A stretch of 64,000 nucleotides of DNA from Octopus sinensis. Its lineage: Eukaryota. The notes beneath the pieces are model-generated. The model was not told the origin of the DNA. It worked only from the letters and a program-made list of their open reading frames with translations, and did no database searches. Both the position numbers and the translations under genes were made by a program. The stretch's first letter is position 1. Each line of letters opens with the position of its first letter. This document shows positions 13,868 to 27,405 of this stretch, piece after piece. The stretch lies in the NCBI RefSeq assembly GCF_006345805.1, contig NC_042998.1, forward strand, positions 13,702,001-13,766,000, in the 5' to 3' direction.

Positions 13868-14421
13868 GCCCTGATGCAGTACCAGACAGTGGCTCTCGTG
13901 GCTTCTGATCTTAACTGATTGGAAGTGTTTTCATGTACGTTATTTTGTTTTGGTATAAAAGATGGGCTACAGCAAATATTCTGCTCAGTACTACAGATTT
14001 GCTTGTCAGTTGTTTGACCTTAACCAGTTGAGTATGTCCCTTAGTGGCTGACGATATGTGCATCTCTGATCACGAGCAGAAGTGGTGGGGGAGCATCATA
14101 ACCATTTGTTGAGAGGAATTCTTTGGGGGTTGAATAATTCACCTCTTGAAACTCCGGTGCTTCGTTCAACATGCTTAAATAACCCTTATTCAGGGACCTT
14201 TTGAGCGGGATGGGTTACTCGACCAGAGGAAAATTCTAACTGAGCACCACCTGCAAGGTCATGTGCTGTTTATCTCGATATGAGATCACCATGTTGCACA
14301 CATATGGTTGTGATGCATGTGCCTGGTGCACCATTATCAGACGGGTAGTCATGATGCGTATACTGGGCTTCATATATTTTACTCCAGTGTCACTTTGATG
14401 GCATGAACTGCCCTCTCACTC
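13868..14421. mobile_element. non-coding interspersed element of about 550 bp inserted in (AAT)n
   Basis: Sharp boundaries (aataaat|gccctgatgcag ... ctctcactc|aataataat), higher GC than the flanks, no ORF in the track. I recall a similar abundant octopus repeat; unverified. Confidence 0.65.
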
Positions 14422-14448
14422 AATAATAATAATAATAATAATAATTAC

Positions 14449-15530
14449 CTAGGATTATTTGAAGGTGATGGAATTAAACATTCAACGATGAGAGAAAGGT
14501 TCAGAAGAGTATGTTAACGCAGAGTAAGACAGTGTTGAATGCAATAAAGAGGATCGAAGCGATCAATACTTTAGCCATACCGGTCATGATTTACAGTTTC
14601 AATATCCTTAACTGTATAATTACTGAAATATATGTTTTTGAAATAAAATATGAAAATTGTTGACTAAGCATAAAATGCGCAATCCTTAGGCAGATATACA
14701 ACGACTTAAGCTGCCAAGAAAAGATGGTGGCCGTGGGTTTTTACAACTGGAATTAACACTGAAGATTGCTACAATTGGCCTTAACACTACTTGAAAATAT
14801 CTGATGACTGGATGTTAAAACTTCTCTTAATGCATGAAAACAAGAAAACGTAATTCACAGTAACAAAACAGGTAAAGGGATATATAAGTGAATTCCAAAT
14901 GCAACAAATCCAAGAATTAGACATACTGGGAAATGCCAAACGTATGAAAACCTGTGATAAATCTGCTGCCTTAGATATTGTTCCTGATAAATGGCAAGAA
15001 AAACATCTCAATGGCAAATACCCAACGAGAGCTAATAATGCCGAAGTTAACAAAACACTTACCCATCAATGGCTAGTATATTCTGGTTTAAAATCAGAAA
15101 CAAATGGATTTATTATAGCATTCCAAGATTAATGCCTACCTTAATTCAAAAGATAGTACACATGGGAACTGCCCATATCCTACGTAATATGCTATTTATG
15201 CAAACTAAAATTTTAAAACAAACTCTTAATTTTCTTAGGTTTTCTTAAATGTACTCTAGAACAATACTATGTGCAAAAAACCAAATATATGACAAACTAT
15301 GCACACCACCAACGCAACCACCACCACATAAGCAGCAAAATTTAAACAAGCAAGTAGCACAGCAAAAGAGAATACTGAAATACCTGTAGAAACATAGCAG
15401 GCAGCAAAGTAATAATGGAACAACAAAATAGCAACTAGTCTATTACGACAAGAAATGCAACAGCAATAACAAATAAATAAATTTGATAGCATTAACAGAC
15501 ACTCACACGAACCCTGTCATCTTAAAGAAA
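14449..15530 (+). mobile_element. degenerate R4/Dong-like LINE fragment (post-RT region to C-terminus)
   Basis: GLFEGDGIKHS, AINTLAIPVMIYSFNILN, RLKLPRKDGGRG, HQWLVYSGLKSETNGFIIAFQD, LIQKIVHMGTAHILRN; homologous to 33500-34800. Confidence 0.8.
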
Positions 15531-17136
15531 AACTGTGTTGTTCCAAAATAATTAACTTTTATTTTTCGAAGTAGTCAAGTACTACAAGCATAAGAGAAAT
15601 AAAATATTCTTCAATATGTAAGGTTTTCAAAGAATTCCTGTAAATAAAAAAAACTTCACCAGAATATTTGCATGTACACATACAAACTCAAACGATAAGG
15701 ATTTAACAGCAAAGTAAAATTTCTCTTGAGGAAAGACAACAACATTATTTAATGAGGCCATTTTAACCAGAAATCTTGGACGGTATGACGAGTGTTTTTA
15801 ACAACGGAAATGTACGCATTTTGTATTTCGGCAATAGTCAATTAACTAGGTAGCAGCGGTATTTTTAAAGTCCTGAATTTGGACATTTGAACAAACATCT
15901 TTAATCGAAATGATAATTCAGTGAAGTGCCTCTCAATATTTAGAGCAAAGCTGCCTGGACATCTTGTGGCATAGAGTAGCATATTGAGGGAAATCTAGCA
16001 TTTTTTACAACTCCGCTATATTTAATGTTATCGGATCACAGAAGATGATAATGTAAAAGTCTCGCAATTATGCCGACTTATATTAAACACACATTTGTGT
16101 AAATTGCATAGGTTTACCTGTTTCTCACATTGCATATAGATAAGGATTTCTTTGGAATAATGATAGAGTTAACTGCTGAAAATTCAAACTGGTCAGTTAC
16201 AGATTTGGGAAATCTACAGACGACAGCCCATTCGCAGAAAAGCGGATGCTAAAAGCAGAATGCAACATTTTCGGCAGGTAATCATTTCAGTGATGGGATA
16301 GCCAAAGCATTTAGTAAGAATTGAAAAGAGCTCTCCTCAAACACCGCTGGTAGGATGTTCTGCAATCTGCGATAAGAACATAATCGATATGCTTCAATAG
16401 AATGGTCATAAAGGAAAAGACTGATAAGAGTTGAGTCACTGAGCAAATTCGAAGAGGTAAACAGGAAATGTCATCGTGACCGAATCACAGACGGTTACAG
16501 TGACCCAACACAAAACAAGAAGAATTCATTTTCAGAACGAAGACGCATTCTCTGTGACATGAAAGACCGTAAACAGCTGCTGGGTACGCATGCCTGAAAT
16601 GGAGAATTTCGATCAAACTCATTGTTTGATCAAAAGAGAAGGCAGGTACAGCTTAATATTACGGTTTGTAACGGTGCTTTATTTTTGTTTATCGAAGCTG
16701 ACGCCAGATCTGCAAAAGTAGTACCTGCTTCGGTGATTTTGCGGCAATTCTCGGCAGGTGACAGGGAGAAATGAGAAAAGCGATGAACAGCTCAGCCGAT
16801 ACAGTTGCGGATAACACGTAGTGAAAGAAGTAAGGTATCAAGTTTAATCGAGCTGTTCTGTGTGCGTTAAACATAGACTCAGACGGATCGGTATGTTCAT
16901 TGACAAACCGATGGGCGTACTAAGAATAGGAAGCACATTCAACGGGTTTCACAGAGATTATTTTATTATTTTATTTATGAAAATTTCTTTACTCAGTACG
17001 CGTTATCTGTCCGCTGAAGGCTGACAGAAAGAGGAGAGACAGAAACAGAATCAGACAGATAGACAGCCAGCCAGAGAGACAGAGAGCGCAGGTTACACAG
17101 AGAGAGATAGTATGTGTGGGTGTATGTGTGTGTGTA

Positions 17137-17194
<58 letters not shown>

Positions 17195-17660
17195 TGTGTG
17201 TGTATGCGTGCTTAAAAAGAGATCGCTTCTAAGCTTGTTTCTTTTCTCCAGAGAGGGAACTCTCTTGTGAGTAAATAGGGCACATCTCCCTACTGAAGAT
17301 GGTAAAATTGGAAACTAAATAAATCTAATTCTGTTACACTTCGAATAAGTCAAGATGCGTCTAGGTGCTGACAACTGGCGGCTACTAGATATATTTGTTA
17401 CAGACAAAAGACGAAATTAGCAGCTGTGAAATGACAGTAAACTGGATTTAACTCTAGCATGGTCTGAAGGTAAACCTCACACGCTGAAAATATTATAGAT
17501 CATATATTGGGTGAAATATTTATCATTATGGACTTGCAATAAACCCTTGTTAATAGTGAGATGATCCTTCGATAATAGGTCACGCTATATTTATAGGAAC
17601 AATTGCTACTTACACGCACACACACACACAAGGTATGTATGTGTGTATATATATATATAC

Positions 17661-17861
17661 TCTTTTAATCTTTTACTTGTTTCAGTCATTTGACTGCGGC
17701 CATGCTGGAGTACCGCCTTTTAGTCGAGCAAATCGACCTCGGGACTTATTCTATCGGTCTCTTTTGCCGAACTGCTAAGTAACGAGAACGTAAACATACC
17801 AGCATCGGTTGTCAAGCGTTGTTGGGGGGGGGGACAAACACAGACACAAACACAGACACAC

Positions 17862-17900
<39 letters not shown>

Positions 17901-18036
17901 CACGACAGTCTTCTTTCAGTTTCTGTCCACCAAATCCACTCACAAGGCTTTTCCGAACGTGCCACGCAGTGGGACTGAACCCGGAACCGTGTGGTGAGTA
18001 AGCAAGCTTCTTACCACACAGCCACTCCTGCGCCTA
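17661..18036 (-). mobile_element. SINE family A (internally deleted)
   Basis: Reverse complement of the family A head (cagccactcctgcgcc) and tail (cttttacttgtttcagtcatttgactgcggccatgctgg). Confidence 0.9.
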
Positions 18037-18188
18037 TATATATAAATATATATATATATAGAGAGAGAGAGAGAAGCGGGAGATGAATACATAAATATAT
18101 GTCTGTGTATATATAGGCGTGTGTGTGTGTGTGTGTGTGTGTGTATAAGTGTGTAGAATTTTATGGATTTTATCAAAACACGCCCAAA

Positions 18189-18481
18189 TTTCGAATTTCA
18201 CCGGTTACAATCTCCGCGACTTCTAGTCGATCGGAAGAAGGAAACAGCCTACTCATGAAATTAAGTCCACAAGCAGGCGTACACTTCACGTAGTTCTCAG
18301 GGCGTAGCACAGTAAATGTAACAAAGATGTCCCCTTCACATACAAGTGCTACATAATTATGATAGCTGCGTGGATTGGAACAACACGAAATAAGCTGCCT
18401 TGTGGAGGAACACTACACGTTGTCGGAATCAAACTCACGCACTTGGGATTGTTTACCGTATACCGTATCCTATAAGCCACG
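18189..18481 (-). mobile_element. old tRNA-type SINE with 11-bp target-site duplication
   Basis: Minus strand gtggcttatagg...gagtttgattccg head and cttatttcgtgttgttccaatccacgcagct body (resembles family D); acacgcccaaa at 18178-18188 and 18482-18492. Confidence 0.65.
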
Positions 18482-18565
18482 ACACGCCCAAAACCACATC
18501 AACATAGATTATTAATGATTGAATTATCTACATCACACGAATGTTCTTATTCATTTATTCTGTTA

Positions 18566-18829
18566 TTCTTTTACTTGTTTCAGTCATTTGACTGCGGCCG
18601 TGCTGAAGCATCGCTTTTAGTCGAGCAAATCGACCCCAGGACTTATTCTTTGTAAGCCTAGTACCTATTCTATCGCTTTCTTTTGCCGAACCGCTAAGTT
18701 ACGAGGGCGTAAACACGCCAGCATCGTTTGTCAAGTGGTGTTGAGGAGGGGGGACAAACACAGACACACACGCACATACACACACTCACACACAAACACT
18801 CACACACGTACACACGGACACATACACAA

Positions 18830-18899
<70 letters not shown>

Positions 18900-19017
18900 G
18901 TACGTCGGGGTTCTTTCAGTTTCCGTCCACCATATCCACTCACAAGGCTTTGGTCAGCCGAAGGCTATGGTAGAAACACTTGCCCTAGGTTCCACGCAGT
19001 GGGACTGAACCCGGACC
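18566..19017 (-). mobile_element. SINE family A (extreme 5' end missing)
   Basis: Family A tail, internal (CA)n(TA)n and body on the minus strand. Confidence 0.9.
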
Positions 19018-19136
19018 ATATATATAATTCTAAAAAATTCTATTTGAAATCTCATGAATAAATTGTTACATATATCGTTAAATAATGTAACAAAATTCAT
19101 GAATTCAAATTTCACTGAAACCATTGTAAACTAATA

Positions 19137-19413
19137 GGCGCAGGAGTGGGTGTGTGGTAAGTAGCTTGCTTACCAACCACATGGTTCATTCCCACTGCGT
19201 GGCAACTTGGGCAAGTGTCTTCTACTATATCCTCGGGCCGACCAAAGCCTTGTGAGTGGATTTGGTAGACAGAAACTGAAAGAACCCCGTCGTACATATG
19301 TATATATATATATATGTATATATATGTGTGTGTGTGTATACGTTTGTGTGTCTGTATATATATATATATATGTATATGTATATATATGTATATATATATT
19401 ATATATATATATG

Positions 19414-19445
<32 letters not shown>

Positions 19446-19447
19446 CG

Positions 19448-19490
<43 letters not shown>

Positions 19491-19660
19491 GCGTGTGTTT
19501 ATGTGTTTGTGTTTTCGTCCCCATAACTTAGTGGTGCGACAAAAGAGGTCAATAGAAGAAGTACCAGGCTTACAAAGAATAAGTCCAGGGTTCGATTTGT
19601 TCGACGAAGGGCAGTGCTCCAGCATGGCCGCAGTAAAAATACTGAAACAAGTAAAAGAGT
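19137..19660 (+). mobile_element. SINE family A
   Basis: ggcgcaggagtgggtgtgtggtaag head through actgaaacaagtaaaagagt tail. Confidence 0.92.
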
Positions 19661-20368
19661 GAAAAAATGTAATATAACAAAAGGTCTTATTCCTTTTATT
19701 CTTGCGCAGAGAGAGAGAGGGTGGGAGAGAGAGAAAGAGAAAGGGAATGAAGAGTAAGAGTAAGAGGAAAAGGAAAAGAGCAAGAGAGAAGAAAAGAAGG
19801 AAATGAAACACAGCATAGATACAGAAGCTGTGTGAAAAGATGTATGGAAGTAATAACCTAGGAAACGAAAGTAACACGGAAAACTGCACAGGTTGGATGT
19901 TCTCACCATTATCAAAAGTGTCGCTAACACCAATAGTGTTTTACATTTGTCGAGACATCCTGCCAGGTAAGGCGAAAAATTAGAAAAGCGTCATGTGGTG
20001 CAGTATATGAATATTATTATGTATCAGGTACATACGATATAGCTTTCCCTTAAAGATGGAGAAAAATAATTATCTCTTTCGGCTGAGAAAAACAAAGCAT
20101 GTATAATAAGCGGAAAAGATCAGTATGTTGACTGAAGGAATATATAACAAGTTGGCTGAGTATGTTGTGTGAAAGAAAACAGATAGTTGTTTTGACACTG
20201 GATGCTGAACGATGACAGGTAGCAATAACAAGGTATCATGTGGCAAAACCAAGCCGAGATAGACACGAACACGTATGAGAATGTCTGTGGTTGTTAAGTG
20301 GCAGAGGTATATTCTGATAGTGATAATATAAGAGATGTAGTGGGGAGAAGGAAGACGATTGATTGTTC

Positions 20369-20407
<39 letters not shown>

Positions 20408-20540
20408 GAGGAAAGAGAAAATGTGAAAGAGGAAGAAAGAGTAGCAAACAAAGTATTATGCGAAGGAAACGGTAGACGAAGTTAAGAGAAGAGATGAGAA
20501 CGTTTCTCAGAGACAATGAAAACTATCCTATTATTGCTAT

Positions 20541-20770
20541 ACTCTTTATTCTTTTACTTGTTTCAGTCATTTCAGCGTGGCCATGCTGGAGCACCGCCTT
20601 TAGTCGAGTAAATCGACCCCATGACTTATTCTTTGTAAGCCTAGTACTTATTGTATCGGAATCTTATGCCGAAACGCTAAGTTACGGAGACGTAAACACA
20701 CCAGCATCTATTGTCAAGCGATGTTAGGGGGACAAACACGAACACACACACGCAGACACACGCACACACA

Positions 20771-20831
<61 letters not shown>

Positions 20832-21012
20832 TTATATACATATACACGACTGGCTTCTTTCAGTTTCCGTCTACCAAATCGACTCACAAGACTTTGGTCG
20901 GCCCGATTCTATAGTAGAAGACACTTGCCCAAGGTGCCAGGCAGTGGGACTGAACCCGAAACCATGTGGTCAATAAGCAAGCTACTTACCACACAGCCAC
21001 TCCTACGCCTAT
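20541..21012 (-). mobile_element. SINE family A
   Basis: Complete head and tail on the minus strand. Confidence 0.92.
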
Positions 21013-21283
21013 ACACTAAAATATCTTCCAAACGTTAGGATTATAACAGAAGAGAAACACAAGGCAGTCATGTATAACGAAAGAACACGGTAAAACTAAA
21101 ATGATTGATAATTTCATCCACAATCGACTGAATTGCTTGCAGTTTAAGCATCTTTTTTACTATCTAATATAAGTGACTCTAATATGTTCTTAGATTTACA
21201 CAAATATTGTATTTTGGAATACTGCAGTGCAAAGAGAGAACGGTAGCAAACACTACGGGGATTTTATAATTATATATGTATAT

Positions 21284-21680
21284 AGGTGCAGGAGTGGCTG
21301 TGTGGTAAGTAGCTTGCTTACCAGCCACATGGTTCCGGGTTCAGTCCCACTACGTGGCATCTTGGGCAAGTGTCTTCTGCTATAGCCCCGGGCCGACCAA
21401 TGCCTTGTGAGTGGATTTGGTAGACGGAAACTGAAAGAAGCCTGTCGTATATATGTATATGTATGTGTGTGTATATGTTTGTGTGTCTGTGTTTGTCCCC
21501 CTAGCATTGCTTGAGAACCGATGTTGGTGTGTTTACGTCCCCGTCATTTAGCGGTTCGGTAAAAGAGACTGATAGGATAAGTACTGGGCTTACAAAGAAT
21601 AAGTCCCGGAGTCAATTTGCTCGACTAAAGGTGGTGCTCCAGCATGGCTGCAGTCAAATAACTGAAACAAGTAAAAGAGT
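21284..21680 (+). mobile_element. SINE family A
   Basis: Complete head with gggttcagtccc B-box-like motif; tail actgaaacaagtaaaagagt. Confidence 0.92.
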
Positions 21681-22263
21681 ATATTATATATGTATGTCTG
21701 AATGCTTTTTTACCTGCGTTTGTCTTCCACCACCACTTGACACTCGATGTTACTTTGTTTCCGTTCCCGTAACTTAGTAATTCAGCAAAATGGTATGACA
21801 GAAAAGAGTAGTTGCATCATTTCGGCGAACAAAAATACTTCAATACAGTCCTCTACCAAAGTCGCAATCTAATAAAATATAGGCGGAAAATATTTTAATC
21901 GCCTTGAAGACGTGTTAACATATTTTTGGAAATAAAAATTTCAATGGCGTTTTCTATATCTATAAATTCTTAGTATAATAGAAACAGTTCTAGGCTTCAT
22001 AACGGTAATTCCAGATTAAAGACATGATATTCTCTATACGGATTTTTGTTGTTAAATACTCTGAATTTGTCTAAATGCATCTAAATCCTATTTGGATCTA
22101 CTTGGTATACATGAGGGATTTCCTTGGATGTTTACTCCACGTACATTTACTGGTGTCTGATTGTTGGATAGCATTAATCAGATTCGCTTAACACTGAGTA
22201 TTTTTATCGATATCTGCCTGGACATTTTAACCCTTCTAATATATGGACGCCATGATAGATCGT

Positions 22264-22544
<281 letters not shown>

Positions 22545-22574
22545 AGTGGCAGATGAATGTTACTACTAGTTTAA

Positions 22575-22867
22575 CCTTAGGCGGATTCTCCGCCAGTTGG
22601 TTTTCGGTGCAATCCCTGCACACTTTATATACAATATATCGCTAGCAAGGGGGAGCGAACACTTACCAGCCACCAGCAGCCGACAGGATCGCAGGGATGG
22701 CATGTTTCGAGCTATTTGGCTCACATCAGCCGCGCGTATCTTTGCAGTCGAGTGACAGCTAAGATCCGCTTCTGCCAGCGATATATTGTAAACAAAGTGA
22801 CCATATATTGTATATAAAGAGTGCAGAGCTTGCACCGAAAACGAGCTGACGGGGAATCCGCCTGAGG
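22575..22867. mobile_element. piggyBac-type MITE, 293 bp
   Basis: TTAA at 22571-22574 and 22868-22871; TIRs of about 65 bp (CCTTAGGCGGATTCTCCG... versus CCTCAGGCGGATTCCCCG...) with about 8 mismatches; no ORF. Confidence 0.9.
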
Positions 22868-23000
22868 TTAAACTGTAAGTATCATTTGTCTGCCACTTTG
22901 ATGTGTCTTATCGGTTTACTGTTTAAGATACGTTACTACTCTATCTCTTCTTGAGATTTGGTAACTACACACACACACACACACACACCACACAACACAC

Positions 23001-23050
<50 letters not shown>

Positions 23051-23053
<3 letters not shown>

Positions 23054-23235
23054 CTCCTACACGCAATTCGTTTCTCTCCTTGTTTCTCTCTTGATTTCTT
23101 CTGTGTATCTTCTGTCAAAGAGCGTAGGCTCGAAACGTAAAAGACTTTTTTCTATTTCTATTCCTGAGCGCTATACTAATACATTGTTTGTTAGTACTCT
23201 ACCTGCGTTCGTCTTTATTTTCGTAAACTTTCCCG

Positions 23236-23237
<2 letters not shown>
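23051..23237 (+). mobile_element. hammerhead-bearing pLTR-like unit, copy 2 (core mutated)
   Basis: Direct repeat of 22264-22447; core reads CTGTCAA (G8 changed to A) and stem I is mismatched; (TA)n on both sides. Confidence 0.7.
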
Positions 23238-23278
<41 letters not shown>

Positions 23279-24117
23279 GCTTCTTATAAAAGTATTCTGA
23301 GATCTTTGCTTTTAGAATATCTGCAGTGGTATAATATTTATGAAATATGAATAGAGTGCATGTCACTTATGTTGCACATCACTAAATATTGGGGATAGGA
23401 AAATTTTAGGAGGGAAATTACAATTATTTTCATTATGATCGTGTATCTAACAGATACATTTTCGAAGGAAATACGTAGTTATATATTTATTTAAATGAAT
23501 AACTAATTCATTTATTTATGGTCCAGTATTATGTTGTAATATATTGGTGCGGCTCAGTTTGACGAGTGTTACTCATGATATGATCAGTGATAACGATTTT
23601 ATATATATTGGGGAATGTATAGAATTTTGAATGATGAAATAAAGAATTATACATATCTAAATCTAATTATGTCTTTTTTCGTTCTCTTAATATAATCATA
23701 ATTGCGATGGTATTGACACTATTCGCGTTGTATAAAAGTGTGCAGTAACACCAAAGATGGAGATTTTTTGAAGCAGACTTTTTGAAGCAGATTGGAATCG
23801 CAGATAAATAAGGGATATAATAGCCCACTACACCACGGGATTAAATGTCTGATTATAAAATATCTATCTGTTTTGATGTGTGAATGCTAGTCAGATGTAA
23901 AGAGACAAACTGCTGTACGACATAGCCAACTGTAAACTTTGCATTTACGTATAAAATCATACATTTCATTCTTATCTGGAATAATGTTAAAAAATTAGGA
24001 ATCATATATAATCATATTTGCTGCCTTCGGATATCATAAAGTTTGATTTAATACAGATACTTGAAAATTCTAAAATTCTAGATTAAGTGCCTTGAATATC
24101 AAGGCTTCATCAGATTT

Positions 24118-24247
<130 letters not shown>

Positions 24248-24722
24248 CATTATAAATCTGGCGTTATGTTCTAGACGGTGTGTGTGTAAATAAATAAATA
24301 ATAAATATAATGATATAAATAATTTTCTTAATCCAGTTACATCGATATTTCTTTATCGATTACAAAAGAAAAAAAAGACATTCAGAAATTGCATAAAAAA
24401 TCGAATTAAGCCAATTGGCAGCTTGGCTGATTAGGAAAAGTTGGCAAGAGGTAAAAAAAATAAATAAAATAAATAGGTCAGTAATTATAAAAAAGAAGGA
24501 ACAAAAGAACATTCTTTGCATGCAAGCAAGTCGGTAGAAAACGAAAATAGAAAGCGAATCTCTTGAAGTCGGGAAATATAAAATATTAGAAATGTTATAT
24601 ATACTGTAGGTCTGTAAAGTTAAGTTTATAAACGAGTTTGGTTCAACAGAAGATGAGTTTTTAATGATGTTTTTTTCCGATTAAACAACGAAAAGCTGTT
24701 TTTTACCATTCGAGGTAAAATA

Positions 24723-25064
24723 TTGGGTGACCGGAAAGTTCGTGACGATTTTTAAAGGAAGGAAAATGGTCAGTAAATACTTGCCATTACCCAAGCTTTA
24801 CTTGGTGCTCATGAACGACGGACTTTGATAGGTTGAATGATATCAAAATCAAGTGCCGAAAATGAACTTTCTTCTCTTCCATTTTAAAGGGTTACAGAAT
24901 TAACGCGGTTTATGGGAACATAAACCTTCTTCAACGAAAATATAGCTAAAACTGTGCTCTAAATGGAAGTGTAGTCAAATCCTATTTTATAGACTCAAAC
25001 ATGTTTAAAAATAAGTCGAAAGGTAAGCTACTATAAATCGGCACGAAATTTCCGGACAACCCAA
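24723..25064. mobile_element. mariner-type MITE, 342 bp
   Basis: TA on both sides (24721-22, 25065-66); TIRs TTGGGTGACCGGAAAGTTCGTGACGATTT versus TTGGGTTGTCCGGAAATTTCGTGCCGATTT. Confidence 0.85.
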
Positions 25065-25479
25065 TATTATTCTATATGTTAATACTGTTATAAAGAAAGA
25101 TAGTTTGACAAATTGATACTCGACAAAAGGGCGTTTCAAAATTCAAGTCAGCGATACCTCTTGTTTGGTAATTATGAGGAAGAGAACAACAACGGATAAA
25201 TTCATGGAAATAAATACGGCGGTGATAAAAAAATTATGTTTAACATACCATGAGTACGGGAATTTTGTTTTAATAAATTGCTTATATGTGTTTTGAAACT
25301 GTGAGACATATCAATATGAATGACCCGAAATTTTATTGGTGTTACATGTGAAACTGCTTTACCTGCAATGAGGATATTAGGAAGAAGCTGTTTGCGCTTT
25401 GTGGAGAAAAGCATGTAGAAGGTTTTCTTTTTCTTTTATATTAAGAGTAGGCCGATTAGCGATAAGCCATTGATAAGCA

Positions 25480-26200
25480 TTCTCCAGTCCTGAATTATAT
25501 TATATAGAAAGGAAAGGTCCTGGTGACTAATAAATGTAATAGAGTCATCGGTGAAATGTAGAAAATTTATAAATTAGTAGAACTGCACATATAAGTTATA
25601 TATATAATGAACAGTAATGGGCCAAGTATGCACCCTTGGGGGCCTCCTAGCTTTATAGCGGATAATGGCGATGTTCATGTTTCAAGAGAAACGTAGTGTT
25701 TACGCTGTGAGAGGTATGATCTTAGGAACTCCATGTAATCCTATATGCCTAAGTTTGGCCAACAATGTATCTAAATGTACATAATCGAACGCTTTACTGA
25801 TATCTAAGTAAAGTGCAATGAAATATTTAGAGATTGTTTAGTGAACTGTAGGCATGATCTAGAAATACAAGGAGCGCATTTGTAATACTAAATAATCCAC
25901 TGGAAAAGCGTGTTCGAAACTGTGAGAGAGATACAAAGAAAATAACCCGAAGGAGATGAACAGAAATTTGGCGTGATTGTGTTTGATGTTAGGTATGGAA
26001 ACCATTATTTTCGACGCCTACAGTTTAGGTGCTGAAATGTGAGAATTTCCAATGTAGATTCACCAAGAATGAGACTAAATGCGTTAAAAGTAAATTTTCT
26101 TACGTAAAGAAGATATCTCTCCCATATTTGGGAGAGAGGTTTAATATCGTGAATTTTCTCGCAATTTGCACTTACTTTAGCCACTCGTTTTACAACTTCA
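25480..26200 (-). pseudogene. degenerate non-LTR reverse transcriptase fragment (CR1/Jockey/L2-like)
   Basis: Minus-strand motifs SITNALLVFLDHAYSSLN, IALYLDISKAFDYVHLDTLLAKL, PQGCILGP and FTDDS, in RT order with frameshifts. Confidence 0.8.
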
Positions 26201-26429
26201 TACATTCGCGTATACTTTACATGAATCTGATTAACAGTTCATTACTAGTCCTTAACATGCTAGAAGTTCTTTGACAATCAATGGAGGAGGATTTCCACGC
26301 CGGGCTGATCAACGTATGTTGTATGTATAGGTCCTTAACAGCATTTCCCTTTAGAGACGCAGAAGAACACGTGCACAAACGTGCACACACACACATACAC
26401 ACACACAAGGCATATATACATATGTATAT

Positions 26430-26473
<44 letters not shown>

Positions 26474-26739
26474 GGAAGTGCCGCCAAGTTAGGCTAGGTA
26501 GGCAGTGCCTACCTTGGAGAAAATAGATCGATGGCAACATTTTACTTTCACAGCAAAATATACACCTAATTCAATAAAACAATGAAGGTTACTCTGATTA
26601 ATATGTATAAAATGCAAAATATCTTATTTTTTATAGATTAGGTACGCATAATTCGTCCAGCTATTCAATCTCGTACTTAGAAAGCTATTGATGGATTATA
26701 TTGTATAAGCACTGTAAACATATATACATATATATATAT

Positions 26740-26772
<33 letters not shown>

Positions 26773-26788
26773 ATATATATATATATAT

Positions 26789-26830
<42 letters not shown>

Positions 26831-27164
26831 TACATGTATATATGTTTTTATATAAATATATAGTATGTACATATATATATATATACATATATATACATAT
26901 ATACATACACACATACATATGCATATATATGTATATCTATCTATCAATCCATCTATCTATCGATCTATCTTTATATATTATGCGAAGAGTACAGTATCAA
27001 TAATGTCTCTATTATGGCCGATCTAATTAATTGGTTTCGTACTAGTTATTCAATGGTAGCAATCCGATTATGTAACACTAGGCTCATCAGGGATACCCAA
27101 TATAGAATGAAATATGGTGACTGATAAATATATATATATTCATATATATATATTTTTTCTTCTT

Positions 27165-27210
27165 TTATCTAGTTTCAGCTCACGAGCTGTTGCCATGCTG
27201 GGGCACCACC
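27165..27210 (-). mobile_element. isolated SINE/LINE-type 3' tail
   Basis: Minus strand ggtggtgccccagcatggcaacagctcgtgagctgaaactag; near-identical copy at 58295-58342. Confidence 0.6.
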
Positions 27211-27331
27211 ATTAAGGACAGATAGACCCTAAACCAAACCCTAGAATTGAACTGGGATCTTTGGGGGTCAGTAGCCCAAGATGATAACCGTACGCCATAT
27301 GTCCGTATATATATATGTATATATATATATA

Positions 27332-27405
<74 letters not shown>

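Noticed and set aside
15560-15970. Possible hAT dimerisation-domain remnant (QDFWLKW) on the minus strand
   Set aside because: Only one short motif; the rest cannot be aligned.
17290-17320. CTGAAGATGG...GAAAC
   Set aside because: No stem II pairing and no UH triplet in register.
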